A stretch of DNA of 64,000 nucleotides from Synechococcus sp. (GCA_047285535.1 JBJBDC010000001.1:832136-896135); one strand, 5' to 3'; shown: positions 30,576-41,998, numbered from the stretch's first letter. Numbers and translations: made by a program. The notes: generated from the letters alone by a model not told the origin.

Positions 30576-33500
30576 ATGGCATTTGTTCCTCTTCATAACC
30601 ACAGCGACTACAGCCTTCTGGACGGAGCCTCGCAACTCCCCCAAATGGTGGAGCGTGCGAAGGAATTAGGGATGCCAGCTCTGGCCCTTACGGATCACGG
30701 CGTGATGTACGGAGCCATTGAACTGCTGAAGTTGTGCAAGGGAGCCGGAATCAAGCCGATTATTGGCAATGAAATGTATGTCATCAATGGATCCATTGAT
30801 GACCCCCAACCCAAAAAAGAGCGCCGATATCACCTTGTAGTACTGGCTAAGAATGCCACTGGCTATCGCAACTTAGTCAAGCTAACCAGCATCAGCCATC
30901 TCCGTGGAATGCGTGGGCGAGGAATTTTTTCACGTGCTTGTATTGACAAACAACTCCTCAAGCAGTTCGGAGAGGGTTTAATCGTGGCCACGGCTTGTCT
31001 TGGTGGTGAAATTCCACAGGCAATCATGCGTAATCGACCTGACGTGGCGAGAGAAATAGCCCTTTGGTATCAGGAAACTTTTGGCGATGACTTTTATCTT
31101 GAAATCCAAGATCACGGATCACCTGAAGATCGGATTGTCAATGTAGAAATTGTAAAAATAGCGAAGGATCTTGGAATTCGCCTGATTGCAACGAACGATG
31201 CTCATTACCTCACACGTCATGATGTCGAAGCTCACGATGCCTTGCTGTGCGTACTGACAGGCAAACTCATCAGCGATGTCAAACGGTTGCGGTACACAGG
31301 CACTGAATATCTCAAGAGTGAGGAGGAGATGAAGCGACTATTTACTGACCACATTGAGCCAGATGTGGTGTCGGAAGCCATTAGCAACACAGTGCAAGTT
31401 GCCGAAAAAATTGAGGACTACGACATTCTCGGTCACTATCAGATGCCTCGTTTTCCTATACCAGAGCAACACACTCCTGTTAGTTATCTACGCGAGGTCA
31501 CTGAACAGGGGCTATGCAAACGACTGGAGATTAAGAGCACTACAGAGATTGATCTCATTTATAAAGAGCGTCTCCAGCATGAATTAAAGATCATGGAGCA
31601 GATGGGATTCCCCACCTATTTCCTTGTGGTGTGGGATTACATCCGTTTTGCACGGGAGCAGGGAATTCCAGTAGGTCCAGGACGAGGTTCTGCTGCAGGC
31701 TCACTTGTGGCCTATGCCCTAGGCATCACCAATATTGATCCTGTCAGCAATGGCCTTCTGTTTGAGCGATTCCTTAATCCAGAACGCAAATCAATGCCTG
31801 ATATTGACACCGATTTCTGTATCGCACGTCGCGGAGAAGTGATCGATTACGTCACTCGTCGCTACGGCGATGACAAGGTGGCTCAGATCATCACATTCAA
31901 CCGCATGACATCCAAAGCGGTACTTAAAGATGTAGCACGAGTGCTCGACATTCCATACGGCGATGCGGATCGACTTGCAAAGTTAATCCCAGTGGTTCGG
32001 GGAAAACCTGCCAAGTTGGCGGCAATGATCAGTGACGAATCTCCCAATCCTGAATTTCGCGAAAAGTATCAAAAAGATCCGACTGTGAAGCGTTGGGTTG
32101 ATATGGCGATGCGGATTGAAGGAACGAACAAAACATTCGGTGTTCACGCGGCAGGTGTTGTGATTGCAGCAGACCCTTTGGATGAACTCGTACCTCTTCA
32201 AAGAAACAACGATGGACAGATCATCACTCAATACTTCATGGAAGATGTGGAGTCCATGGGACTATTGAAGATGGATTTCCTTGGCCTTAAAAACCTCACG
32301 ATGATCGATAAAACTCTGGAACTTGTAGCGAGCAGCATTGGAGAACGCATTGATCCAGACAAACTTCCATCGGAGGATCCGGAAACATTTGCTCTCTTAG
32401 CTCGTGGTGATCTTGAAGGAATTTTTCAGCTTGAGTCCACTGGAATGAGGCAAATCGTTCGCGACCTCAAGCCATCATCTCTTGAAGATATTTCTTCAAT
32501 TTTGGCGCTCTATCGCCCCGGTCCACTCGATGCAGGATTGATCCCTAAATTTATCAATCGAAAACATGGTCGTGAAGTCATTGATTTTGCTCATCATTCG
32601 ATTGAACCAATCCTTCAAGAGACCTATGGAATCATGGTTTATCAGGAGCAAATCATGAAAATTGCTCAAGACATGGCTGGATATTCGCTTGGCGAAGCGG
32701 ATTTACTCAGGCGCGCGATGGGCAAGAAGAAAGTGTCAGAAATGCAGAAACATCGAGGCATTTTTGTCGAGGGTGCTGCTGAGCGAGGAGTCGAAAAAAA
32801 GGTTGCTGATGAATTATTCGACCAAATGGTTTTATTTGCTGAATATTGCTTCAACAAGAGTCATTCCACTGCCTATGGAGCTGTTACTTACCAGACTGCA
32901 TATTTAAAAGCGCATTACCCGGTGGCTTACATGGCTGCCTTGCTAACGGTTAACGCTGGAGCCAGTGACAAGGTGCAGCGCTATATCTCAAATTGCAATG
33001 CCATGGGCATTGAAGTGATGCCTCCGGATATCAATGCATCCGGAATTGATTTCACTCCCAAAGGTGAGCGCATCCTGTTTGGCTTATCTGCTGTTCGCAA
33101 CCTCGGCGACGGAGCCATTCGCGCAGTCATTGCGTCCAGGCAAGAGGAAGGATGTTTCGAGTCCTTAGCGGATCTCTGCGATCGACTTCCTTCTTCAGTG
33201 TTGAATCGAAGAAGCATAGAATCACTGATCCATTGCGGAGCAATGGATGCACTCGAGCCGAAAGCCAATCGAGCTCAATTGATGGCTGATTTGGATCTTC
33301 TTCTGGATTGGGCCACATCACGAGCCAAAGATCGAGCCAGTGGTCAGGGAAATTTGTTTGATCTGATGGCAGCACCGAGTGATGGTGCTGATTCCGCGGT
33401 CAAGGATCTCAGCCTGGCGCCCAAAGCCCCTGCAGTTAAGGATTACCACCCCACGGAAAAGCTCAGATTGGAAAAGGATCTCGTGGGTTTCTATCTTTCC

Positions 33501-34097
33501 GACCATCCGTTAAAACAGCTCACTCCGCCCGCGAAGCTATTGGCTCCAATCGGCCTCGGAAGTCTTGAAGAACAAGCCGATAAATCCAAGGTCAGCGCTA
33601 TCGCCATGATCAGTGAGATGCGTCAGGTCACCACTCGAAAGGGAGATCGAATGGCAATCCTGACCCTCGAAGATCTCACTGGTTCTTGTGAAGCCGTGGT
33701 CTTTCCCAAAAGCTATGCACGTTTATCGGATCACCTCGTCGCTGAAGCTCGCCTGCTTGTCTGGGCAGCTGTCGATCGCCGTGACGATCGGGTCCAACTG
33801 ATCATTGATGACTGTCGAGCCATCGATGATTTGCGCTTGCTGATGGTGGAACTTGATCCTGAGCAGGCCAGTGATGTAGCTGTACAGCACAAACTGCGTG
33901 AATGTCTTCAGGCTTATCGCCCTGACCAGGAGGAATTAGGTGTGCGAGTGCCAGTCATCGCTGCAGTGCGTCAAGGCACAGCTGTTCGCTATGTGCGACT
34001 TGGTCCTCAGTTCTGCGTGCGTGATGCTTCCGCTGCCGCCGTTCACTTACAAGAACGTTCTTTCAAGGTTCAATGTAGTGAACCTCTTCTCAATTAA
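30576..34097 (+). CDS. dnaE: DNA polymerase III alpha subunit (unsplit, no intein)
   Basis: [29 protein letters not shown], continuous [11 protein letters not shown]. Confidence 0.98.
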   Translation: MAFVPLHNHSDYSLLDGASQLPQMVERAKELGMPALALTDHGVMYGAIELLKLCKGAGIKPIIGNEMYVINGSIDDPQPKKERRYHLVVLAKNATGYRNLVKLTSISHLRGMRGRGIFSRACIDKQLLKQFGEGLIVATACLGGEIPQAIMRNRPDVAREIALWYQETFGDDFYLEIQDHGSPEDRIVNVEIVKIAKDLGIRLIATNDAHYLTRHDVEAHDALLCVLTGKLISDVKRLRYTGTEYLKSEEEMKRLFTDHIEPDVVSEAISNTVQVAEKIEDYDILGHYQMPRFPIPEQHTPVSYLREVTEQGLCKRLEIKSTTEIDLIYKERLQHELKIMEQMGFPTYFLVVWDYIRFAREQGIPVGPGRGSAAGSLVAYALGITNIDPVSNGLLFERFLNPERKSMPDIDTDFCIARRGEVIDYVTRRYGDDKVAQIITFNRMTSKAVLKDVARVLDIPYGDADRLAKLIPVVRGKPAKLAAMISDESPNPEFREKYQKDPTVKRWVDMAMRIEGTNKTFGVHAAGVVIAADPLDELVPLQRNNDGQIITQYFMEDVESMGLLKMDFLGLKNLTMIDKTLELVASSIGERIDPDKLPSEDPETFALLARGDLEGIFQLESTGMRQIVRDLKPSSLEDISSILALYRPGPLDAGLIPKFINRKHGREVIDFAHHSIEPILQETYGIMVYQEQIMKIAQDMAGYSLGEADLLRRAMGKKKVSEMQKHRGIFVEGAAERGVEKKVADELFDQMVLFAEYCFNKSHSTAYGAVTYQTAYLKAHYPVAYMAALLTVNAGASDKVQRYISNCNAMGIEVMPPDINASGIDFTPKGERILFGLSAVRNLGDGAIRAVIASRQEEGCFESLADLCDRLPSSVLNRRSIESLIHCGAMDALEPKANRAQLMADLDLLLDWATSRAKDRASGQGNLFDLMAAPSDGADSAVKDLSLAPKAPAVKDYHPTEKLRLEKDLVGFYLSDHPLKQLTPPAKLLAPIGLGSLEEQADKSKVSAIAMISEMRQVTTRKGDRMAILTLEDLTGSCEAVVFPKSYARLSDHLVAEARLLVWAAVDRRDDRVQLIIDDCRAIDDLRLLMVELDPEQASDVAVQHKLRECLQAYRPDQEELGVRVPVIAAVRQGTAVRYVRLGPQFCVRDASAAAVHLQERSFKVQCSEPLLN

Positions 34098-34134
34098 AGG
34101 GGAGAATTAAACTGAAACTGAAACAAAAGCCAAT

Positions 34135-34551
34135 TCAACTCTGTTGTTGAGTACGAATCGATTCTCTCATTCTCTGGAAATTGATCTTGATATTCTCCAG
34201 CCCAAGGAATGTCCCCGATTCTTGTTCCCAGCTGGCAGATAAAACTCCATAGCTCAGTCCACCCAGCCCCAACAAAAAGAAACCTCCTGAGACAATCAAT
34301 GTGACACCAGGAGGAACATCCAGTATTTGACGAGAAACCAGAAAGTAACTGGCTACAAAGACACCCATTCCGATGATGGAAGGAATCCCGGTGGCTATTG
34401 CTACCCGACGTGCCATGCGATTGGCAACAGCCTTCGGTATGGGTTGGCTACGTACAGATGTTGCTGAATTTTTGCCAGGTTTTGCTTGAGATTTGGATCC
34501 ATCAGCTGATCGTCGCGGCTCAAAAGGCAAGGAGTTGCGTCGGTCAGCCAT
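34135..34551 (-). CDS. PAM68 family protein
   Basis: IPKAVANRMARRV...LSYGVLSASW; downstream of rpsO. Confidence 0.9.
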   Translation of the reverse strand: MADRRNSLPFEPRRSADGSKSQAKPGKNSATSVRSQPIPKAVANRMARRVAIATGIPSIIGMGVFVASYFLVSRQILDVPPGVTLIVSGGFFLLGLGGLSYGVLSASWEQESGTFLGLENIKINFQRMRESIRTQQQS

Positions 34552-34585
34552 GGCTATGGGGGTCTTGAACTCAAATGCAGCTTGC

Positions 34586-34855
34586 TTAGCCGCGAATTCC
34601 AAGCTTAGAAATCAAATCGCTGTAGCGCTGTTCGCTTTTGCCACGAACATAACCAAGCAAACGCTTGCGACGTCCAATCATTTTCAACAGGCCCTGACGA
34701 GACGAATAATCGTGGATGTTCTGTTGAAGATGGCTGCTCAGCTTCGAGATGCGCTCGCTCAGCATGGCGACCTGAACCTCTGCCGATCCTGTATCGGTGG
34801 CATGGGTTTGATGGCTGTTGATGAGTTGCTGCTTTTCAGTGGTATCAAGCGACAT
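34586..34855 (-). CDS. rpsO: 30S ribosomal protein S15
   Basis: [23 protein letters not shown]. Confidence 0.98.
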   Translation of the reverse strand: MSLDTTEKQQLINSHQTHATDTGSAEVQVAMLSERISKLSSHLQQNIHDYSSRQGLLKMIGRRKRLLGYVRGKSEQRYSDLISKLGIRG

Positions 34856-35391
34856 GCGCGGCGTCCGGACCTTTCAGGGCAAAGATCTAATTTACCTCTT
34901 CATGTGCAGAATGAGGAAGACTTTACGTAAGCAAGTCCTATCAATGGATTTGACGGAAAACAAGTCCACAGGTAGCTGTACCAAGTGGCTGTTCCCATAG
35001 GAATAGTGCAGCGATGGGCTCAGCTTCAAAGCTCGCTAGGGCGGACGGAGGTCAAGCCTGCGGCTCCGTGGTACGTCCACAGATGCACCTCAGTGCGCTT
35101 AGACGCAATGACGCGGGCAGCCTTGCTTCGACAAACGGGTGCTACTGCTCAGGATCGTTGTGTGAGACATGGATCTCCGCGATTGCAAAATCCGAGCACT
35201 GACAGTCAGGTCCCAGCATTTCTTCGAGATCAGCGTGGGAGCATCCATCAACCCAATCCAAGACAGCGATCTCAGCAGACAAAATCCCCAAGCTGATGAC
35301 AAAGCTCGCGTTTGCTTCGGTAGATGTGGGGGAACACCTAAAAATCCTGGGATTCAAGGCCCAGGGCGTTCTTTTGTCGTAACGTCAATAC

Positions 35392-35637
35392 ATGAAAAAA
35401 ATCATTCTTATTCTTTTCATTGTATTAGCAGCTGGTGGCTGGTCTGGAGGCACTTATGGATCACGCATAGAAGCCAGGAAGGCAAGCCAAAAATGGCAGA
35501 AAGCTGATCCTAATAATCGAGTTTGCCATCTATCAAGTGACTACCGGGAGAAACAATTCAATTGTTTCCAAAAAGATAGTGATGAACAGAACTATGACGA
35601 TCCAAAATATTTTTATTTTAAATGGGGCAGTCAATAA
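35392..35637 (+). CDS. Small secreted/membrane hypothetical protein
   Basis: MKKIILILFIVLAAGG signal-like N-terminus, AT-rich. Confidence 0.5.
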   Translation: MKKIILILFIVLAAGGWSGGTYGSRIEARKASQKWQKADPNNRVCHLSSDYREKQFNCFQKDSDEQNYDDPKYFYFKWGSQ

Positions 35638-36753
35638 TTTCTTTGCCGTGGATCGCAAGAAGTTCGCGCTGTCTCCATCAATCGCTCTCACTGTTGGGCG
35701 AACTCTTTAGTTCCATAGGAAGAGCCCGAGTCTGGGAGGTGCGTGGAACTCCTAAGGTTTGAACGCTCGGCGCCTAAACGAATTGTACAGATTCCATGGA
35801 TTGACTTCTTCCTTGTGTTGAGTCGTGAGTGTGGGGTTCTTCTGCCAACCATTGTCGGTTAGACCCTTGCATCTGTTGCTCGCGCCAATGTTTTTTTGAA
35901 CCAATGTCGTATTGGGTTGTACGAAATTCGAATACTCTGATTAGCTTCAACAGCTTTGATCGAAAATCGATCAATTTTGGGTTGCGTCATTCCGCCAACC
36001 TGGCGGTTTGTCGTTTGCGCCATTGGGCCAATACTTTTTGGCCCTTTGGCAATACCACCACTGAACAACACAGGGGAGTGGCATATCGAGTTGGCGCCAG
36101 GGGCTCCAAAGCTCGTCCATCAACAGCTGTTGAATCACAGATTATTCCAAACTCTCATCAATAGGGCAGTGATCGCCAATGCGGTCTTACACAGCAACAT
36201 CTTTTGCTGTTGCAACACCGTTGTCCATCCACTCGAACTGGACCGACCACAAGATCCGTTTTTAGCTGCTCAACAGCAGTTGCCATACGTTGAAGGTTCA
36301 GAGCCTTATGAAAGCCAGTTCTTGCCTTCTGATACAGGGTTTGATGAGCTCTGTAGAAATCCATCTGGAGAAACCAATAACCTTCCAAGGACTTTCTTCT
36401 TCTCAGCAGTCGCAATTAGTTGCCCAAGGTCCACCCCTGATGGCGTAGTTCTCAGGACCATCAAGAGTTCGGTTTAATCAACAGTGATCGGCAGTCGCTT
36501 TCCAAGCAATGAGTTGCTTGCAGTCTGGCGATATGGACGGACAGCTCCCAGAATAAGTTTCAGGCATGGCTTCAAAGTCGAACTCACAGCTCTTGAACTG
36601 CTCTGAAGAGATTGAGACGATTCACAAGAAGGAATTGATTGTCATCCCTTCGTTGCCATTTAGCATCAATGCAAATGTGAATTAGAGCTCAAGTTCTATT
36701 TCTCCAGAGTCAGCGAGCAAGTCTTAGTACCACCATTGAATGCACCAGAGGTC

Positions 36754-37413
36754 TTACGCAGAAGGACGATTTAACCAACGCAAACTGGCCCGTAACCAAC
36801 CATCACCGTCATCAGAGGCCGGGACATCACTTCCTGCCGCCACTGCGCGCATGGCTCGACGGATCTCCAGGTCCTCGTAGCCCAGTGCGCTCAAAGTGAG
36901 TTGTAAATCCTCAAGAGGGTCAGGCTGAATCGGTAGCTGTTTGAGGTCACTCCGATCAACAAGAGAAAGCCCGGAAGAATCACTCTCGTGCTGCGCACTC
37001 CAGGCACCAAGACGATCACGCAGTTCCACAGCGAGCCGCTCAGCTGTTCGTTTACCAACCCCCTGAGCCTGGGTCAGTCGGCGCAGATCACCATCGATGA
37101 TGGCTTCAATCAGCTCTTCTGCCCTACAGCACTCCAATAATGCAAGACCCATCTGGGGCCCGACACCATTGACGCTGATCAGAACTCGAAACAGGTCTCG
37201 CTCCCTTCGATCAGGGAAACCAAACAAACTGGATCCATCGTCCCGCTGAACCTGATGAATCCAAACGGTGCAAATCGTACCGGCGGAGAGTGGTTGCAGG
37301 TATCGAGAAGCCAATTGGACTTCGTAACCAACTCCAGCGCAGGCAATAACCAAGCCCTGACGTCCGCCCTGACTCCAGTGTTCGATGCGCTCACCTTGCA
37401 GCCAACCGATCAT
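36754..37413 (-). CDS. ruvA: Holliday junction branch migration protein RuvA
   Basis: MIGWLQG, GVGYEV, LISVNGVGP, GVGKRTAERLAVELR. Confidence 0.96.
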   Translation of the reverse strand: MIGWLQGERIEHWSQGGRQGLVIACAGVGYEVQLASRYLQPLSAGTICTVWIHQVQRDDGSSLFGFPDRRERDLFRVLISVNGVGPQMGLALLECCRAEELIEAIIDGDLRRLTQAQGVGKRTAERLAVELRDRLGAWSAQHESDSSGLSLVDRSDLKQLPIQPDPLEDLQLTLSALGYEDLEIRRAMRAVAAGSDVPASDDGDGWLRASLRWLNRPSA

Positions 37414-37643
37414 GCGAAAGAGTCCAATTGCTGTATCAACATTTGCTCGGGCACTGAGTATGAGAAGGAATCAGACCAATCAACCTGTGAGCCAAGACCA
37501 GCCAGCTCACACAGGATGGTCAGTCTGCGAAATGAGATTCGCTCGATCATCCGTAAGAAAAACCCAGCAAGACGCACATTGATCTGTTCCTTTTTAGAAC
37601 TGAATTTCGCACCACTGTTACCACCAGACTGAACCTGAGCCAT
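37410..37643 (-). CDS. Small hypothetical protein upstream of ruvA
   Basis: ATGA overlap with ruvA start. Confidence 0.55.
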   Translation of the reverse strand: MAQVQSGGNSGAKFSSKKEQINVRLAGFFLRMIERISFRRLTILCELAGLGSQVDWSDSFSYSVPEQMLIQQLDSFA

Positions 37644-37856
37644 AGAAAAGATCTGGTCTTTGGTCAAAAAATCACAAAAGCCTTCTTCTGCTCATCAAAG
37701 GAGCGCAGGAGGGAAACTGACTCTCAAAGTCCCTCATAAGAGCTCCAAAGCAGTCGTGGAGCTCTGAACGTTTGGATCGATCACGAAGATGCTCAGAAAA
37801 GGCAATGGCAGCATGCCCAAAGAAGTGGAGCAACGGTTCAACGAAACGACAGACAT

Positions 37857-37928
37857 AAAAAAGAAGGCCAGGAAGCCTTCTTTAGGGGTGTGAGGAACCA
37901 AATCGTGTGAGGAGATGGCTTCTCCATC
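37857..37928 (-). ncRNA. Candidate Yfr1/Yfr10-like small RNA with two UCCUCACAC seeds
   Basis: Minus strand: 5' hairpin gatgg-agaag-ccatc, TCCTCACAC-gatttggt-TCCTCACAC, then a 9-bp stem with T6 terminator; lies in a non-coding gap. Confidence 0.72.
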
Positions 37929-38234
37929 GATAGGAACACTGAGCCAATGAGTCAACAAGCTGATGCTCTGAGGTTTGTTGCAACTGACAGACCTTACTGT
38001 GTACTGATGTGCATCAGAACCTCTTGAAATCAAAGCGTCAAGCCAAAACCAACACAGGACAAACTCGTCAATCACGGCCCCAATCAACCGGATATGGAGA
38101 CAATGCCTTTGAATCCACAAAAAAGGCGATTACCTGCACATCATCGATTCAAGCTTTTAATCTTGATCCACGCAGAAACCCTGACCTGTTAAGGTAAAGA
38201 AATAATGGAAATAATTATCGCTTTCATTATATTT

Positions 38235-38242
38235 GTGTGAGG
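38235..38242 (+). promoter_or_regulatory. Yfr1-type target site GTGTGAGG at second porin RBS
   Basis: ttGTGTGAGGtttaatTTG. Confidence 0.65.
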
Positions 38243-38248
38243 TTTAAT

Positions 38249-39823
38249 TTGAAACTATTTCGCAAACTGCTGGTGGCTCCAGCGGCTCTGGGTCTTCTGG
38301 CCCCTGTGGCTGCGAACGCCACTGAGCTGAACATCAACGGTGTGTCTGACTACACCGCCACTGGTGAACAGGTCACCAGCATCACTCAGTTTTCTGATGT
38401 GTACCCCACGGATTGGGCCTATCAGGCCCTGAGCAACCTGATCGAACGCTACGGCTGCGTCGCTGGATACCCCAACGGCACCTACCGCGGCAACAGGGCG
38501 ATGACCCGCTTTGAAGCGGCGGCTCTGTTGAACGCCTGTCTCGATCGCGTCACCGAAGTGACCGACGAACTCAAGCGCTTGATGAAAGAGTTCGAGAAGG
38601 AACTCGCCATCCTCAAGGGCCGTGTGGACGGACTGGAAGCCCGTGTTGGTGAACTGGAAGCCACTCAGTTCTCCACCACCACCAAGCTGAAAGGTCTAGC
38701 GACTTTTGCCATTGGCGCTAATAACTTTTATGGAACGAAATCATTAACTCGTGAAAGCAAACGCGAGTTTGGAGGCACCACGTTTAATTACGACCTTCAA
38801 TTAAGCCTTGAAACAAGTTTCACAGGAAAAGATCTACTCCTTACGGTCTTAAGATCTGGAAACTTTGAAACATCTGCATTTGGTGATGGTGGTGGACCAA
38901 CAGGACTATCCACCTTGGAAACCGCATTCCAAGAAGACTCTGGCCCTAATTCCGTAGGGATCGATAAATTATTTTATCAATTCCCAGTTGGCAGCTCATT
39001 CACCTTCACTTTGGGTGGACAAGTAGGCCAAGAGGACATGCTGGCTGTTTGGCCAAGTGCATATCCAAGTGAAACTATTTTAAATGTAACGACTCTCAAT
39101 GGCGCGCCAGCTGCTTACAACAAAAATCTAGGGCCAGGTGCGGGTGTGAGCTGGGCAACAGAAAGCGGATTTAGCATTTCTGCTAACTACGTTGCAGCGA
39201 ATGGAGCCATTGGAAATCCCAGGGAAGGTGGAATTGCGACCAGGAATTCATTGTCCTCTGGAACAGTTCAAATTGCCTATGAATCAGAGAACTGGAACAT
39301 AGCCGCTATTTATTCTGGAATCCAGAATTCAGCACAACTAATAGGAGGGTTTGGTACGACTTTTAATGAAGTGTTCACTGGCTCCAATGCCTTTATGAAT
39401 GCATGGGGCATTGGTGGTTCATGGCAACCTCAAGAGAGTGGCTGGATCCCCTCTATTTCTGCTGGATACGGATACAACACTGTAGAGGCAAACATTGATT
39501 TCGAAGTTTCAGGGAGCCAATCCTGGCTTGTAGGCCTGCAGTGGAATGATGTGTTCCTTAAGGGGAACAATGCTGGTATGGCCGTTGGTCAACCCGTTTT
39601 TGCCACAAGACAGAAAGGAGATTTCACTCCAGGAGACGGCAACTATGTATGGGAATGGTGGTATCAATTCCAGGTTACAGACAATATTAGCGTTACACCT
39701 GCATTGTTTTATCTCTCGAGTCCACTTGGCCAGTTCACTGAGCAGTTCACTGAGCAATTTGCTGGCAATGGCGCAACTTTTTCACAGCTTGGAGGACTCG
39801 TTAAAACTTCATTTAAATTCTAG
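38249..39823 (+). CDS. som: Som/OprB-type outer-membrane porin with SLH domain (TTG start)
   Basis: Same N-terminal SLH cassette as 10316-11974; YVWEWWYQFQVTDNISVTP; terminal Phe. Confidence 0.93.
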   Translation: MKLFRKLLVAPAALGLLAPVAANATELNINGVSDYTATGEQVTSITQFSDVYPTDWAYQALSNLIERYGCVAGYPNGTYRGNRAMTRFEAAALLNACLDRVTEVTDELKRLMKEFEKELAILKGRVDGLEARVGELEATQFSTTTKLKGLATFAIGANNFYGTKSLTRESKREFGGTTFNYDLQLSLETSFTGKDLLLTVLRSGNFETSAFGDGGGPTGLSTLETAFQEDSGPNSVGIDKLFYQFPVGSSFTFTLGGQVGQEDMLAVWPSAYPSETILNVTTLNGAPAAYNKNLGPGAGVSWATESGFSISANYVAANGAIGNPREGGIATRNSLSSGTVQIAYESENWNIAAIYSGIQNSAQLIGGFGTTFNEVFTGSNAFMNAWGIGGSWQPQESGWIPSISAGYGYNTVEANIDFEVSGSQSWLVGLQWNDVFLKGNNAGMAVGQPVFATRQKGDFTPGDGNYVWEWWYQFQVTDNISVTPALFYLSSPLGQFTEQFTEQFAGNGATFSQLGGLVKTSFKF

Positions 39824-39829
39824 ATATGT

Positions 39830-39858
39830 CCAGGCCTGATTTGCATCAGGCCTGGTTT
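39830..39858 (+). terminator. Terminator after porin
   Basis: ccaggcctgat-ttgc-atcaggcctgg-ttt. Confidence 0.8.
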
Positions 39859-40368
39859 CAATAGTCACGAAAAAATCACAACTGAAGCGATGATCACGAA
39901 AAATCTTGCCAAAATCATATTATTGCATGAGCATAGAAGAGCTTGAATGGACAAGCTCTCACTTCAAAACCAGATCTCACTGAACCTGAACTTACATCGC
40001 CGTAAAAAATCGATTCCCGCAAAAGACGACTGCAGTGCAACAACAATCACATAAACAAATTTCCCAGCCAAAGCATTCATCGGCCACCTCCTAGTATGAC
40101 AACAAAACTCCCATTTTATCAAAAAAAATACAACCAGAAACTAACTACACTGATGAGCTGCCATAGGCTAGTCCGTTCAGAACGTATCTGAATCGATTGA
40201 TGAAATTGAGTGCAAAGACACAGCAATACTTGGCATGGACCAAGCCTTCTCGTTAGATTTTACCTACCCTTTATCCTGAATTAGTAATCTCAATCAAATA
40301 ATCCGTACACCATCTATGATCGGAACGACAGAAATCCATGATTTGGTTATCAAAGACCTCATCTGCTC

Positions 40369-40851
40369 ATGTTGACTGACCTGGCTGGCCTTTCATGTCA
40401 AAACTTTTGGATTGTTCCTTCCAAACGCCTCGTTGAGGGGTTGTTGGTTTTAGCGCTGGTGTTGCTCCTAAGCGTGGGATTAACCGGGTGTGGGCCCTTC
40501 GACCAACCGCCACGAAGTGTGCTGTTGAAAGCTCTTGGTCTACAGATTGAATTGACCCAAACGGCGATTGCCCACTCTTTGGAGTTAGAGCCAGCTGGGG
40601 TCCCGGAGGTGAGTCGTGTGCGCATAGAAAATCAAGAGTCCATTCGCTTGGGTGAGCAACGCGGAATCCATCTCAGAGGCCGTTTCGACTGGCGACTGCC
40701 AGCTGACCCCGTACGTGTTGACAGTCCTTTTGAACTTTTCTTGGAGCGTGGTGAACAGGGTGAAAGCTGGCAATTGATTCAACCTGTTGGCTCCAGCGAT
40801 GGAACATCTCAGGATTGGATCACCCATCCGCTACCGATAGATTCGCCCTGA
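40369..40851 (+). CDS. Conserved cyanobacterial lipoprotein (start uncertain)
   Basis: Lipobox LTGC; FELFLERGEQGESWQL. Confidence 0.7.
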   Translation: MLTDLAGLSCQNFWIVPSKRLVEGLLVLALVLLLSVGLTGCGPFDQPPRSVLLKALGLQIELTQTAIAHSLELEPAGVPEVSRVRIENQESIRLGEQRGIHLRGRFDWRLPADPVRVDSPFELFLERGEQGESWQLIQPVGSSDGTSQDWITHPLPIDSP

Positions 40852-40868
40852 ACCCAACGATCAAATCG

Positions 40869-41783
40869 TTAGGCCTCTGGTTGTCTGGAAGACCTCGCGC
40901 TCAAGCTGATCAAGGTCGCTCCTAAAACGCACATGGCACCAAGCACCACGCCGCCGGTAATCGGCTCTGCGAAAAACAACATTCCCCAAAAAGACGCAAA
41001 CACCACCTGGACGTAATTGATCGAGGTGGCTCGGGCTGCGGGAAGAGCAGCAAGGCCTTCGGTTAACCAGATTTGCCCAAGTTGAGTAAATAAACCAACC
41101 CCCAGTAGCCAGATCCATTCCGTTGGTGTTGGCAAGAGAGTGGGTTGGCCCCAAAGCAACAGCAGAGTCGCGGGCACAGAAACCAATGGGAAGTAAAAGA
41201 CAATCACCAGCGGGTGCTCTTTCACTGAGAGTTGACGCACACTTACGTATGAAAGTGCCGTCAGCAAAGCTCCGCTCACGCCAATTAGGGCTGCCATTAC
41301 TGGCAGGTTTTGCGTTGTGCTGTCGACCCACTGTGGCTGCACAACCAAAGTGACACCGACCAGCCCCAAAAGCACTGCAATGCCAAGGCGCCGTCTCACA
41401 TATTCACCCAGCAGCAACCATGCCGCCAAAGCTGTCAGGGTTGGATAGGTGTATTGCAGCAGGGTGGCCGCTGCTAAAGGCAGTCTTGCCAGTGCGTCAA
41501 AAAAACACAACAGAGCTGCAGTTCCAAGCCCCCCACGTACCAATAACAATCTCCGTTGCTCTCCCCACGGTGAGACCCCAAGGCGACGAAGCATTGCCAA
41601 GGTAATGGCAATGCTGATCAAAGAGCGCACCAACACGACCTCCGCCACTGGTAAACGTCCTCCCAGGTATTTCACGCAGACGGTCATCAAACTGAAAGCC
41701 AGTGCACAAGCAATCAGAAGACCGCAGGCGCGCCATTCTTGTGCCGTCTGGCTGCCTTTGATTGCGCGTAGCAGCCCTTGCAT
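40869..41783 (-). CDS. DMT/EamA family transporter
   Basis: About ten TM segments in two EamA repeats. Confidence 0.9.
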   Translation of the reverse strand: MQGLLRAIKGSQTAQEWRACGLLIACALAFSLMTVCVKYLGGRLPVAEVVLVRSLISIAITLAMLRRLGVSPWGEQRRLLLVRGGLGTAALLCFFDALARLPLAAATLLQYTYPTLTALAAWLLLGEYVRRRLGIAVLLGLVGVTLVVQPQWVDSTTQNLPVMAALIGVSGALLTALSYVSVRQLSVKEHPLVIVFYFPLVSVPATLLLLWGQPTLLPTPTEWIWLLGVGLFTQLGQIWLTEGLAALPAARATSINYVQVVFASFWGMLFFAEPITGGVVLGAMCVLGATLISLSARSSRQPEA

Positions 41784-41998
41784 GGTTGATCAACAGCTTT
41801 CAAAAAAGTACAAGCCTGCTTTTACAGGCTTTTCTAAATGTATGACCCAATGATTGAAACACCGGGCTAAAACTCCAGAGTGAAACTTCGTGAGGTGGGG
41901 ACGATCATCAGGGGTTTTTTGGAGTATCTAATCCAGAGATTGAACGCAAAATATGATCGAACGATATTCTGTCCTGCCTTGAAAGCTCGGAACATCCA

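Noticed and set aside
31208..31216. CCTCACAC inside dnaE
   Set aside because: A single match within coding sequence, with no hairpin or terminator context.
30576..34097. Split DnaE intein
   Set aside because: The frame is continuous through [10 protein letters not shown] with no intein.
37734..38120. 128-aa minus-strand ORF
   Set aside because: No recognisable protein features, and it runs through a strong terminator. The sRNA reading explains the structure better.
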